Shown in pieces: positions 18,675 through 28,107 of a stretch of 64,000 nucleotides of DNA. A program made the position numbers and the translations under genes. How positions within the stretch are numbered: the first letter of the stretch is position 1; each line of letters begins with the position of its first letter. Location: assembly GCA_903892035.1 (NCBI GenBank), contig CAITGV010000001.1, positions 91,624 to 155,623 of the forward strand, given 5' to 3'. Below the pieces are notes generated by a model. The model made no database searches. It had not been told where the DNA came from and saw only the letters and a program-made list of their open reading frames with translations. Source of the stretch: an uncultured bacterium. Its GTDB lineage: Bacteria > Patescibacteriota > Minisyncoccia > Phycocordibacterales > UBA9973.

Positions 18675-19430
18675 ATGATACAAAATAAAATTTTTATATA
18701 CGGTAAACATGCTTTGACCGAAGCCTTGCAAAATAGGCCCCAAGCAGTGAAAAAGATCTTTCTAGCCCCATATGTGGATGATCCAAAACTAAAGGAGCTT
18801 ATACGCAAAGTGGGTATTCCTACGTCACCTTTGGGTGGGAGTAGCGGTAAGATGCCATCTGAAGTAAGCGACAATGCTACACACCAAGGAATTATTGGAC
18901 AAATTTCTCTCTCTGACCTAGTCATTCCTTATGAGAAATTTGTAGAAAATTTAAAAATAAATTCAAATACTGCTCTTGTACTTTTAAATGAAATCCAAGA
19001 TCCGCACAATGTCGGTGCCGTCATCCGTTCTGCTGCTGCATTTGGTATTGCTGGAGTTCTTATTCCAGAACACAACCAAGCACCTATCACAGGCGCTGTG
19101 GTGAAAGTTTCTGCAGGAATGGCATTTCGTATTCCAATCGTTTCAATAGGAAATGAAAACCACATAATTCGTGATTTGAAAGATAAAGGTTTCTGGACTT
19201 ACGGCCTCGCAGGAGAAGGAGCAAAATCTCTCAATGAAGAAAAATTTGATGCTCCATCACTCTTTATCCTCGGCAACGAAGGTGCGGGCATCCGCGCCAA
19301 AACTCGCGAACTCTGTGATGTCCTCCTTTCTATCCCAATGCACCCTCAATGCGAATCTCTAAACGCCGCCACAGCAATGGCCATCACCCTCTACGCCTGG
19401 AGCGCCCAGCACAAGGGAGCACTGAAATAA
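18675..19430 (+). CDS. rlmB: 23S rRNA 2'-O-methyltransferase (TrmH/SPOUT)
   Basis: YGKH, HQG, QDPHNVGAVIRSA, GNEGAG, ESLNAA. Confidence 0.9.
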   Translation: MIQNKIFIYGKHALTEALQNRPQAVKKIFLAPYVDDPKLKELIRKVGIPTSPLGGSSGKMPSEVSDNATHQGIIGQISLSDLVIPYEKFVENLKINSNTALVLLNEIQDPHNVGAVIRSAAAFGIAGVLIPEHNQAPITGAVVKVSAGMAFRIPIVSIGNENHIIRDLKDKGFWTYGLAGEGAKSLNEEKFDAPSLFILGNEGAGIRAKTRELCDVLLSIPMHPQCESLNAATAMAITLYAWSAQHKGALK

Positions 19431-19450
19431 AAGGTTCTTCTAATAAATTT

Positions 19451-20464
19451 CTATAGCCACCTCATTTTTGGCGAAGGAGTATTGTTAAGTTTTCCATTTA
19501 AACAACTAAAATAAATAGTTTGAGCAGGAAACACTGGTGTTGGACAAAAGTTTTTGTAATCTGGACTAGAACTATTCAATACCTGCCCATTAACCTTCTG
19601 CTTTCCACTACAAACATCTTCAAAGGGTTTTACATCACTTTCAAATTTTATATACCCGTTTCCAGAAAAAGTACTACTATTACTGTTTATGTTATCCCAA
19701 ACAAAAGATATGTTATTAAAAATTCCAGTACTATAACCATTTGCACTCTTGTTGCTTTCATCTATTTTTACACCCTGTTTGGCAACATTAGTTTTAGTCT
19801 GAAGATAAATGCCACTACCGCTACTATTGACATTAGGCACAGAAAAATCAAAACTTTGACCTACATCATTTCCTGAAAAATCAATACCCATTTGCCAATT
19901 TACAGGACCAGATTTGCCATCTACATACTCACCATTTATTCTGCAGTCAGATTGAGTAAAACTGTATTGTTTACCATTATAACTAATATCAGTATTCTTG
20001 GTTTTTTGATAAGTAGGTACCGTTGAATTAGCTGGAGGCATGACGTCACACGGGAAATAACCAGTGCAATGATTCGAATGGATAGCTGTATTTTTATAAA
20101 ATGAATAAGCAAAATAACCTCCGACAAGAAGTCCAAATAGAACTAAAACTACAATAATCCACTTTTTGGATTTATGTGAAGTCGGAGTAGGGTTTTCATG
20201 GATAACAACAGGTTCAGCAATTGCTGGAGTTGGAGTTGGAACAAAGGTTTGTGGCTGGATTACTTGCGGTTGTGGAGTTTGTATTGGTGGCGGAGGAGGA
20301 ACACTTTTTGGAATTGGCATTCCAGTCTTTGCAATTTCAGCGAGAGCTTGGTCGACATCAAATGCCATCCAGCCTTGAGTAGAGAGATCTTTTCTATACT
20401 GCGTTTCTGGAATCCCAAGCTCTATCTGCTTTTTAACGTATTCCAAAAGTTCTGGATTTATCAT
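19451..20464 (-). CDS. Hypothetical membrane-anchored protein
   Basis: NPELLEYVK..QGW N-terminal domain, Pro-rich linker, TM helix; TATAAT 6 nt before ATG. Confidence 0.75.
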   Translation of the reverse strand: MINPELLEYVKKQIELGIPETQYRKDLSTQGWMAFDVDQALAEIAKTGMPIPKSVPPPPPIQTPQPQVIQPQTFVPTPTPAIAEPVVIHENPTPTSHKSKKWIIVVLVLFGLLVGGYFAYSFYKNTAIHSNHCTGYFPCDVMPPANSTVPTYQKTKNTDISYNGKQYSFTQSDCRINGEYVDGKSGPVNWQMGIDFSGNDVGQSFDFSVPNVNSSGSGIYLQTKTNVAKQGVKIDESNKSANGYSTGIFNNISFVWDNINSNSSTFSGNGYIKFESDVKPFEDVCSGKQKVNGQVLNSSSPDYKNFCPTPVFPAQTIYFSCLNGKLNNTPSPKMRWL

Positions 20465-20503
20465 TGTTTTATTATATAACACAAAAAAACTTATTACTAC
20501 ATA

Positions 20504-20662
20504 TAGCACCTCTGACGGCCGTCCGAAGTGCTACCTTTACCCACGACACCAGGTGTCGTGGGTTTACCGATTTTCCGCTATCGCGGATTTTCGGTAAATT
20601 TTACCAAGGGCTCCCCTTTGTAAACAGTAAGTCCCCGGAATAAATTAATACTCTACGGGGAC
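20504..20662. repeat. Cluster of five tandem hairpins/palindromes
   Basis: TAGCAC..GTGCTA; ACCCACGACACC-A-GGTGTCGTGGGT; TTTACCGA..TCGGTAAA; TTTACCAAGGG..CCCTTTGTAAA; GTCCCCG..CGGGGAC. Confidence 0.75.
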
Positions 20663-20665
20663 CAC

Positions 20666-20899
20666 TTAATGCGACTTTTTTGTTTTGATAATATCGTTTA
20701 GTAAGTCGGAGTAATAAGCAGATATATACAAAGTAATAGTGCTCACGAGCAATATAAGTGGTAGAAAAAATGAAACTTTACCACCAATTGCAAAACCTAA
20801 TGCCACCATTGTACCCTTCGCAAAAATTGCACCGAGAAACGATAAAATAAAACAAATCCATGTGTAATGGACAACCTTTTTTTGTGCCATATCTTTCAA
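20666..20899 (-). CDS. Small membrane protein
   Basis: 77-aa ORF with two hydrophobic helices. Confidence 0.5.
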   Translation of the reverse strand: MKDMAQKKVVHYTWICFILSFLGAIFAKGTMVALGFAIGGKVSFFLPLILLVSTITLYISAYYSDLLNDIIKTKKSH

Positions 20900-20952
20900 T
20901 TTTTACTAACCCTATCAGCAGGAAAAGCCTATGTCAACCTGGCAGGTTAACA

Positions 20953-22164
20953 TTACCACACGTTTTCTTTGAATTTTTTGATGTAGTTTAGTTGGCGGAA
21001 AAACATATAAAGCATGCGAAGAAAACCTGCATCTTTATTATAGTATAAAGGATTCACATAATTACCTGCTTTTATGAGCGACATTGCTTCGTCGCGTATA
21101 GCAATGTTCCCGACAAAATTTCGAATAACGATATGAGGAACAACAGTAAAAAGCATTGGTTTATTTATGAGTGCCAGCGAAAGCTCTTTTTTGTAAATAA
21201 TGTCATCAACTAAATACTTCGCGAGATTGTACCCGCAAGCTACAACATAAAAACTACTTCTCCCCTGTCTGACATTTACTTCAAAAATTTTAAATTTTCC
21301 ATCTCGTGTATCGTATTTAATATCAAAATTTGCAAAACCAACATAACCAATATCTTCAAGAAAATTTTTTAATTTCATCATCATCTCTTCATTGTATCTG
21401 GCAATCACAGAACAATAATTACCAATTGCAGTTTTTGTATGCTCCTGAAGAACAACTTGTCCAAAAGAAATTAATTTTGCTTTACCATCACGCCCACAAT
21501 AAAAAACACTATCCCACATAAAAGTATCGTCACCTGGAATAAAATCTTGAATTATAAGCTCATCTACATAACCACTAGCGACAATTGAGGAAATATTTTT
21601 CTGTAGTTCTTCCATACTCTCAGGTCTGTAAACTTTCTGCTGGCCATCGAAGTGACATTTTAGATAATTCACACCATTTGAAGGCTTAATAATTACTGGA
21701 AATTTTGTTATAGGCAGAACCTTGTCGTCATTTGCACAAGAATAAATAAAAGTCTCCGGAAAATCTACATTGTGAATTTTGCATAATTCATAAAAATTCT
21801 TTTTAACTAAAATCTTATTCAATAATTCTTCATTTATATAATTGAAAACAAAATACTTTTTTAATTCTTCTGTATTTTCAATTATAAGACGAACATAAAA
21901 ATCATTGGTTCCAACAAGTACCAATTTTTGATTTTTATAATCATATTTTTCTGCGACAGAAATCATTGTTTTCATAAATGAATCCGTATCCCAAAGAGCA
22001 TCATGAAGCACTATATCGCGAATAATTTTACTGTATTTTACAAATGGCAAAAGCATCTTACCAATGATTACAGGCTTTGTGCCGTAAGCTTCGTGAAATG
22101 CTCTCGACATCGAGTAAGCATTTATATCTGTTCCAATGATTATTGGAATGAAATCTTCTTTCAT
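20953..22164 (-). CDS. ATP-grasp carboxylate-amine ligase, D-aspartate ligase-like
   Basis: GTDINAY..RAFHE, IIKPS, QDFIPGDD, GFANFDIKYD.RDG, EVNVRQGRSS. Confidence 0.85.
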   Translation of the reverse strand: MKEDFIPIIIGTDINAYSMSRAFHEAYGTKPVIIGKMLLPFVKYSKIIRDIVLHDALWDTDSFMKTMISVAEKYDYKNQKLVLVGTNDFYVRLIIENTEELKKYFVFNYINEELLNKILVKKNFYELCKIHNVDFPETFIYSCANDDKVLPITKFPVIIKPSNGVNYLKCHFDGQQKVYRPESMEELQKNISSIVASGYVDELIIQDFIPGDDTFMWDSVFYCGRDGKAKLISFGQVVLQEHTKTAIGNYCSVIARYNEEMMMKLKNFLEDIGYVGFANFDIKYDTRDGKFKIFEVNVRQGRSSFYVVACGYNLAKYLVDDIIYKKELSLALINKPMLFTVVPHIVIRNFVGNIAIRDEAMSLIKAGNYVNPLYYNKDAGFLRMLYMFFRQLNYIKKFKENVW

Positions 22165-22165
22165 G

Positions 22166-23836
22166 TTATTTCCCGCCTCTTCGGCGGGTCGCCGAAGAGG
22201 CGACTTTGATGAATGCTGTAAAAAGAGGGTGCGGTCTCAAAGGACGTGCTAAAAATTCTGGATGAAATTGAGTTCCTAAAAAGAATGGATGTTTCTCAGT
22301 TGGCAATTCGGCAATTTCCATAAGTGTTTTGTCTGGTGAACAACCAGAAAAAACTAAACCAGCTTTTTCAATATCAGCAATGTATTTTGGATTTACTTCG
22401 TAACGATGGCGATGGCGTTCTACTATCTCGCTTGATCCATATGCTTTGCGAGCTATACTTCCACTCTTAATCTGCGCTTTATATTCTCCAAGACGCATGC
22501 TTCCACCATAGCGCTTATTGCGAAGATTTTCTTTTTGATTTTCAATAATATCAATAACAGGATGCGGAGTTTTTGCATTTACCTCTACTGTGTGCGCATC
22601 TTTCAATTTCGCAACATTTCTAGCGTATTCGATTACAGCCAATTGCATTCCGTAACAAAGTCCGAAATATGGTATTTTATTTTCCCTTGCATAACGAATG
22701 ACATTTATCATTCCCTCAATACCACGAGAACCAAAACCCCCAGGAACGATAATACCATCATATTTTTTCAAATTTGAAACTGATTTTGGATCCTTTTCAT
22801 AATCCATAGCATTTAGCCATGTAAGCACTGGTTTTTTATTTTGAGTATAAGCAGAATATTTTAGAGCTTCAATAACTGAAAGATAAGAATCCGCGAGTAA
22901 ATATTCGCCTGTTTCAAAATATTTTCCAATGACTGCAATATGAATTTCGTCTTTTGCATTGTGAACTTTTTTTGTAAAATTCTTCCACTCTTTTGCGCTA
23001 GGCATCACAGTACTTGAACACTGCATTCCTCCAAGTTCGCAAAGTAAATCTGACAAACCATCCTTTTCAAAATTTTCTGGTACATCATAAATACTTTGTA
23101 CGTCTGGAGCAGAAATAACTCGCCCAGGTGAAATATTGCAAAACAAAGCTAATTTTTCTTTGCGTTTTGCATCAAGAGGAGAATTCCCTCTTGCAATAAG
23201 TATATCTGGTTGAATTCCTGAAGCATTTAAAGTACGGACTGCGTGCTGTGTTGGTTTTGTTTTCATTTCTCCTACAGTTGTAGGAACTGGCAAATATGAA
23301 ACCATTACAAAAATCACATCTCTTGGATTTTTTATTTTCATCATACGGGCAGCTTCAAGGAAAAGCATATTTTGATATTCACCAATTGTTCCGCCAATTT
23401 CTACAACCACAACATCAGCTTCAGATTGTTTCTGAGCAAGCTCAATGCGACGAATTACTTCCAAAGGAATATGCGGTACAACTTCCACACACTTGCCACC
23501 GTATTCTAAATTTCTCTCTTTTTCAATGACAGTCTGATACACACGACCAGTAGTCATATAATTTGTACGTGTAAGATCAATATTTAAAAATCTTTCATAA
23601 TTCCCCATATCTTGATCTGTCTCGTCTCCATCATTTAAAACAAAAACTTCCCCGTGTTCAGTCGGGTTCATTGTGCCTGCATCGATATTTATATATGGGT
23701 CGATTTTTATTGCAGTCGCTTTTTGACCTCGGTCTTGTAAAATTTTAGCTATCGAAGATGCTGCGACTCCTTTGCCGACACCTGAGATTACACCACCCAC
23801 AACAAATATGAATTTTGGATTATCTTTTTTCTGCAT
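22166..23836 (-). CDS. pyrG: CTP synthase
   Basis: GGVISGVGKG, DPYINIDAGTM, VPGGFG, GLCYGMQ, RHRHRYE, QFHPE. Confidence 0.98.
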   Translation of the reverse strand: MQKKDNPKFIFVVGGVISGVGKGVAASSIAKILQDRGQKATAIKIDPYINIDAGTMNPTEHGEVFVLNDGDETDQDMGNYERFLNIDLTRTNYMTTGRVYQTVIEKERNLEYGGKCVEVVPHIPLEVIRRIELAQKQSEADVVVVEIGGTIGEYQNMLFLEAARMMKIKNPRDVIFVMVSYLPVPTTVGEMKTKPTQHAVRTLNASGIQPDILIARGNSPLDAKRKEKLALFCNISPGRVISAPDVQSIYDVPENFEKDGLSDLLCELGGMQCSSTVMPSAKEWKNFTKKVHNAKDEIHIAVIGKYFETGEYLLADSYLSVIEALKYSAYTQNKKPVLTWLNAMDYEKDPKSVSNLKKYDGIIVPGGFGSRGIEGMINVIRYARENKIPYFGLCYGMQLAVIEYARNVAKLKDAHTVEVNAKTPHPVIDIIENQKENLRNKRYGGSMRLGEYKAQIKSGSIARKAYGSSEIVERHRHRYEVNPKYIADIEKAGLVFSGCSPDKTLMEIAELPTEKHPFFLGTQFHPEFLARPLRPHPLFTAFIKVASSATRRRGGK

Positions 23837-23837
23837 T

Positions 23838-24761
23838 TTATTTTTTTAAATATTTTCTAATTGCCAAATAACTTGAAATGATACCAATGAGCACTCCTGA
23901 AAGTAATGCGATACTGAAAATTTGAAAGAAGCTTCCGGTAAAATAATTAAAAGCATTAATTCCCAAGAAATCGGAGAAATTTTTTCCAAGCCAAAGCGTA
24001 ATAGGAACAAAAATCACCATTGTCGCAACCGAAGCAATAATACCATAAATTATGCCAGCAATCATATAGGGACCAGTAATGTGCTTATTTTCAGCCCCTA
24101 CAAGCCTCATTACCCCTATTTCCTCTCGAGACATGAATATTGTGAGGCGAATAGTATTGAATGTTATAATTATAGAAATCAACACTAAAATAAGTGTGAC
24201 AGCGAAACCTAAAGCGTGAGCTCCTTTAGTAATTGCATTCAGGCGGTCTATCACAAATTTATTTTGAGTATAATCAATTTTGTCTATTATATGTGTTCCG
24301 TCTTTTGCTAAGCTACTATCATTGTCTAATACACCCACGATACTTTCATACTGAGTAGGATCTTTTGCTTTGATATTCATAACAGCACCAAAAGGATTTG
24401 TACCGACTTCATCTAGAGCTTGAATAATCAACGAATCGTCTTTATGCCTATCACGAAAATCTTGGAGAACTTGATCCTCTGGTGTATAAGCAACACTTGC
24501 CACTTCCCCCAATTTTTCTAAATTTGATTTTAGTGACAAAATCTGAGTTTCCGAAGCATCAGTCGTAAAATAAACTGTGACATCAATTTTTTTCTGCAAA
24601 CCTGAAAGTGATGAAGTAAGTACTGCTTGTAAAAAAATCAAAGTAGTGATAACAGAAATTGTAATTGTCATTACGAGCACTGAAGCAAGCGAAGTAGCTC
24701 CGCTTCTTTTAAAATTTTTCCAACCAGAACGTATAATTCTTTTTGTATCTGTCCAAAGCAT
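23838..24761 (-). CDS. ftsX: Cell division permease FtsX
   Basis: NTIRLTI..REEIGVMRLVGA; follows ftsE. Confidence 0.93.
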   Translation of the reverse strand: MLWTDTKRIIRSGWKNFKRSGATSLASVLVMTITISVITTLIFLQAVLTSSLSGLQKKIDVTVYFTTDASETQILSLKSNLEKLGEVASVAYTPEDQVLQDFRDRHKDDSLIIQALDEVGTNPFGAVMNIKAKDPTQYESIVGVLDNDSSLAKDGTHIIDKIDYTQNKFVIDRLNAITKGAHALGFAVTLILVLISIIITFNTIRLTIFMSREEIGVMRLVGAENKHITGPYMIAGIIYGIIASVATMVIFVPITLWLGKNFSDFLGINAFNYFTGSFFQIFSIALLSGVLIGIISSYLAIRKYLKK

Positions 24762-24765
24762 AAAT

Positions 24766-25446
24766 TTATATTATATATTTTCCATTTTTATCATCTCGAA
24801 CGACTTTACCTTTTTCGAGTGTAACTACACGCTTACCTATTGCATCTATCACTCCGCGATTGTGTGTTGTTAAAATTACCGTAGTACCAAGCTCGTTTAT
24901 TCTTTTTAAAATTTCTACAACTTCGTGTGTGCTTACTGGATCGAGATTTCCTGTTGGCTCATCGGCAATAATTATTTCTGGTTGATTTATAATTGCGCGT
25001 GCAATTGCAAGACGTTGACGCTCTCCCCCTGAAAGCTGATGCGGGAAATGGTTAGACTTATTTCCAAGATCAACAAGCTCAAGAACATGAGGAACGTCAC
25101 TCAAAATTTCTTCATCAATCTTTCCTGCTGCTTCCATAGCAAAAGCAATATTTTCATACGCAGTTTTATTTGGCAAAAGTCTAAAATCCTGAAAAACAAC
25201 ACCAATCTTTCGGCGAAGTTTTGTAATTTCTTTACTGTTTAACTTGTGAATATCCACAGATTCAAAAAAAACTGAGCCATCTGTAGGCTTCTCTTCGGCT
25301 AAAATCAATTTTACAAGTGTTGTCTTTCCAGCTCCTGAGTGCCCGACAATGGATACAAATTCCCCCGCAAACACAGTAAGGGTCACATTTTCAAGCGACG
25401 GCGAGTCTTTTGGATACACCTTTGAAACATTGTTGAAATAAATCAT
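24766..25446 (-). CDS. ftsE: Cell division ABC ATPase FtsE
   Basis: GHSGAGKTT, VFQDFRLL, LSGGE, ADEPTGNLD. Confidence 0.95.
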   Translation of the reverse strand: MIYFNNVSKVYPKDSPSLENVTLTVFAGEFVSIVGHSGAGKTTLVKLILAEEKPTDGSVFFESVDIHKLNSKEITKLRRKIGVVFQDFRLLPNKTAYENIAFAMEAAGKIDEEILSDVPHVLELVDLGNKSNHFPHQLSGGERQRLAIARAIINQPEIIIADEPTGNLDPVSTHEVVEILKRINELGTTVILTTHNRGVIDAIGKRVVTLEKGKVVRDDKNGKYII

Positions 25447-25602
25447 AATTAATCTCCTGATTATACCGCATTAACAGCAAAGATAGAAGCGTGAGTCTAA
25501 TTAATTTATATAATTGCAATTATCATTATAGTATTATATAATGTGTTTATTAGAGAGGTTGCCTCTCTTGCTCGCAAGAGCCGATAGCCCCGCAAGGGGC
25601 TA

Positions 25603-25992
25603 TTATAGTTTATAGAGCTTTTTAAAATAAATCTCAATATTGCTATATTCTTCATCTGAAAGAGTATACTTATATTCTGTTAGTCTTCTTTTGTCAAAAC
25701 TTCTTATTTGATAAATTAAAGCTGTATGTAATTTTCCATCATTTGTTTTAATAATACAGGAATATTTTCTACTTTTAATTTTTGAAGTAAGCGGAATTCC
25801 TATAAAACTCTCATTGCCTTCAGCATTTATTACTAAAACTGGTCTTGTGTAATCATCACCTTTCCCAAATACTTCACTCCCCACATTAATACCAACACTG
25901 CACCACCATATTTCTTTTTCTTTAGGGTGATTGTATTTTTCATTTCCATCAATTTTAATTTTTTTCTTGTTCCAACTATCAAAATCTTTCAT
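25603..25992 (-). CDS. PemK/MazF-family toxin (no adjacent antitoxin)
   Basis: WWCSVGINVGSEV.GK...RPVLV...IPLTS...QIRSFDKRRL. Confidence 0.85.
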   Translation of the reverse strand: MKDFDSWNKKKIKIDGNEKYNHPKEKEIWWCSVGINVGSEVFGKGDDYTRPVLVINAEGNESFIGIPLTSKIKSRKYSCIIKTNDGKLHTALIYQIRSFDKRRLTEYKYTLSDEEYSNIEIYFKKLYKL

Positions 25993-26074
25993 TAAAATAT
26001 TTTAACATATTTTATTAATAATAAAAAAATGGCCCAGACTTATCATCTGAACCATTTTCAATTTACCTTTAGAC

Positions 26075-27007
26075 CTAAAAAATTATTCTTTTACCGTATT
26101 GCAAAAATTTTTCTTCATTTGACTCGTCGTCATACCCAACAATAATCTCCTGAGGGCTCGAAGCGTAAAATGATGCAAACCCTAAGGAGTTAAGTTCGTC
26201 AGATAAACTCAAAGCAATAGATTCATCAAGATTTTGCAAACCTATTAATGAATTTTTTGCATGACTTTTTAACGCATACAAACGAATCATTACAGAATCA
26301 GGAGAAAATTGATTTCTTATCTCCTCTGGATTTACAAGCGAGTATCCTTGCATCATCGTAAAAGTGAGAGTAATTTTTCTTCCAGTTTCTTGTTTAAACT
26401 TGTCAGCATAATGAGAAACAACCTTAACAGGCATAAGATTTGCCTTTGCAATTTTTTTACGCATTTCATCATTACTAGCTAATAGTGAAACTTGCATATG
26501 AAATCGTTTGTCAGGATTATACTCAGTAAATTCAATCATACGATCAAAATTCTTATGCACAATCTGAGCATTTGGAAGTGTCGAAGAAAACTTTAAATAG
26601 CTAAACAAATCTCCAAGAACTGCATACTCTACAATTTCAGAAAAGTTTGAATTTAATAAAACTTCTCCCCCATCAGTAAAAGACAACTTAAATTTTTCAT
26701 TATTTGAAAAATTAAAATGATCTGGGAATTTTTTTGCAACAGCAAGTACTAAACTAACTTGTTGTTTTAAGTGTTTTACTCCCAGATTTTCAGAAAACTT
26801 TGGTAGGTTGCAAAACATACAACCCACAGCACAACCAACCTGCGTTGATACTTCAATAGTCCAATTATTTCCATTACTATTTCTAATAGGAAACAATATC
26901 ACTGCAACTTTTTCCTTTTTTTCAGGAAACTGAATAAAAGAAATGATTGTTTTACGTAATGGGTCATGGTAATTGCCCATAAAAATTTTTGTTTGATTTT
27001 TCTCCAT
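26075..27007 (-). CDS. RlmN/Cfr-like radical SAM protein (divergent)
   Basis: VSTQVGCAVGCMFC cluster motif; QVSL...R motif; GGEVL in place of MGEP. Confidence 0.8.
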   Translation of the reverse strand: MEKNQTKIFMGNYHDPLRKTIISFIQFPEKKEKVAVILFPIRNSNGNNWTIEVSTQVGCAVGCMFCNLPKFSENLGVKHLKQQVSLVLAVAKKFPDHFNFSNNEKFKLSFTDGGEVLLNSNFSEIVEYAVLGDLFSYLKFSSTLPNAQIVHKNFDRMIEFTEYNPDKRFHMQVSLLASNDEMRKKIAKANLMPVKVVSHYADKFKQETGRKITLTFTMMQGYSLVNPEEIRNQFSPDSVMIRLYALKSHAKNSLIGLQNLDESIALSLSDELNSLGFASFYASSPQEIIVGYDDESNEEKFLQYGKRIIF

Positions 27008-27051
27008 TTTTTAAGTTTTAAGTTAATTATTTATTTAATTATTAAAGTACA

Positions 27052-27088
27052 AAATAAAAGCCCTTCGGAGACCGAAGGGCTTTTATTT
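27052..27088 (-). terminator. Attenuator terminator upstream of the radical SAM gene
   Basis: AAATAAAAGCCCTTCGG-n3-CCGAAGGGCTTTTATTT. Confidence 0.8.
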
Positions 27089-27109
27089 GGATTCCTTAGA
27101 GATTCACTT

Positions 27110-27181
27110 TTAAGAAATAGCAATAAAAACCCTCCAGTTGAAGGACTTCTTTGCTTTCTTATTTGTGAATATAAAACTCAT
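27110..27181 (-). CDS. Putative 23-aa leader peptide MSFIFTNKKAKKSFNWRVFIAIS
   Basis: ATG 27181 to TAA 27110, between promoter and terminator. Confidence 0.6.
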   Translation of the reverse strand: MSFIFTNKKAKKSFNWRVFIAIS

Positions 27182-27187
27182 ATAATT

Positions 27188-27215
27188 ACAATAGCATATT
27201 GATAAAATATGTCAA
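27188..27215 (-). promoter_or_regulatory. Sigma70-type promoter
   Basis: TTGACA (27215-27210), 16 nt, TG-n-TATTGT, then 6 nt to the leader ATG. Confidence 0.65.
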
Positions 27216-27221
27216 ATTTCT

Positions 27222-28106
27222 TTATAGCTTTTTTTCGGCTTCGATGAAAGCGTCGAGGTCGCCTTCTTCGAGTACTCCTTTAACATCAGAGGTTTCAACC
27301 CCTGTACGGAGGTCTTTTACGAGTTTGTAGGGGTGCAGGACGTAGTTTCTTATTTGATTTCCCCACTCTATCTCAGTCGCTTTACCCATTTGCATACTTT
27401 CGACAAGCGACTTGCGTTCGTCTTCGGCTTTTTTGAAAAGTTTTCCACGGATTATTTCCATTGCTCTTTCACGATTTTGTTCTTGTGAGCGTTCTTCGCG
27501 CACATGAGCTGAAATACCTGTAGGCTTGTGAACAACTCGCACTGCTGTTTCTCTTTTGTTCACATTTTGCCCTCCAGGACCCCCTGCTCGCGCAAAATCA
27601 AATTCCAAATCACCTTCATTGAGCTCTGGCATCATGGCTTTTGGAATTTTGGGAATAACTTCAACTAAAGCAAAACTAGTACTTCGTTTTCCTTTTGAGT
27701 TAAAAGGCGAATTTCGCACCAAGCGGTGCACCCCGCTCTCCTTCTTTAGGGTGCCATAAGTATTTTTACCTTCTATCTCAAGAGTAATATTTCTATAACC
27801 TCCATGATCATTTATATTTTCGTGGCGAATACTATATGAAAAATTTTGTTTTAAAAAATATTTTGCATACATTTCAAAAAGCATTCGTGCAAAATCTTCT
27901 GCATCATCGCCTCCTGCACCTGAGATAATGGTCAGTATTGCATTACCTCGATCAAAAACTGCAACACCTTCTTTTTTATTTTTTAATTCATTTAGTTCTC
28001 GAACTTTTGCTTGAGCTTCTACTTTGTTTTCCCAAAAGTTTGCCTGAGCCATTTCATTTTCAAGCTCTTCGATTTTTTGATCTATGGATTTTATTTCTTC
28101 TTTCAT
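27222..28106 (-). CDS. prfB: Peptide chain release factor 2 (short form)
   Basis: [18 protein letters not shown] (SPF), [18 protein letters not shown]. Confidence 0.92.
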   Translation of the reverse strand: MKEEIKSIDQKIEELENEMAQANFWENKVEAQAKVRELNELKNKKEGVAVFDRGNAILTIISGAGGDDAEDFARMLFEMYAKYFLKQNFSYSIRHENINDHGGYRNITLEIEGKNTYGTLKKESGVHRLVRNSPFNSKGKRSTSFALVEVIPKIPKAMMPELNEGDLEFDFARAGGPGGQNVNKRETAVRVVHKPTGISAHVREERSQEQNRERAMEIIRGKLFKKAEDERKSLVESMQMGKATEIEWGNQIRNYVLHPYKLVKDLRTGVETSDVKGVLEEGDLDAFIEAEKKL

Positions 28107-28107
28107 A

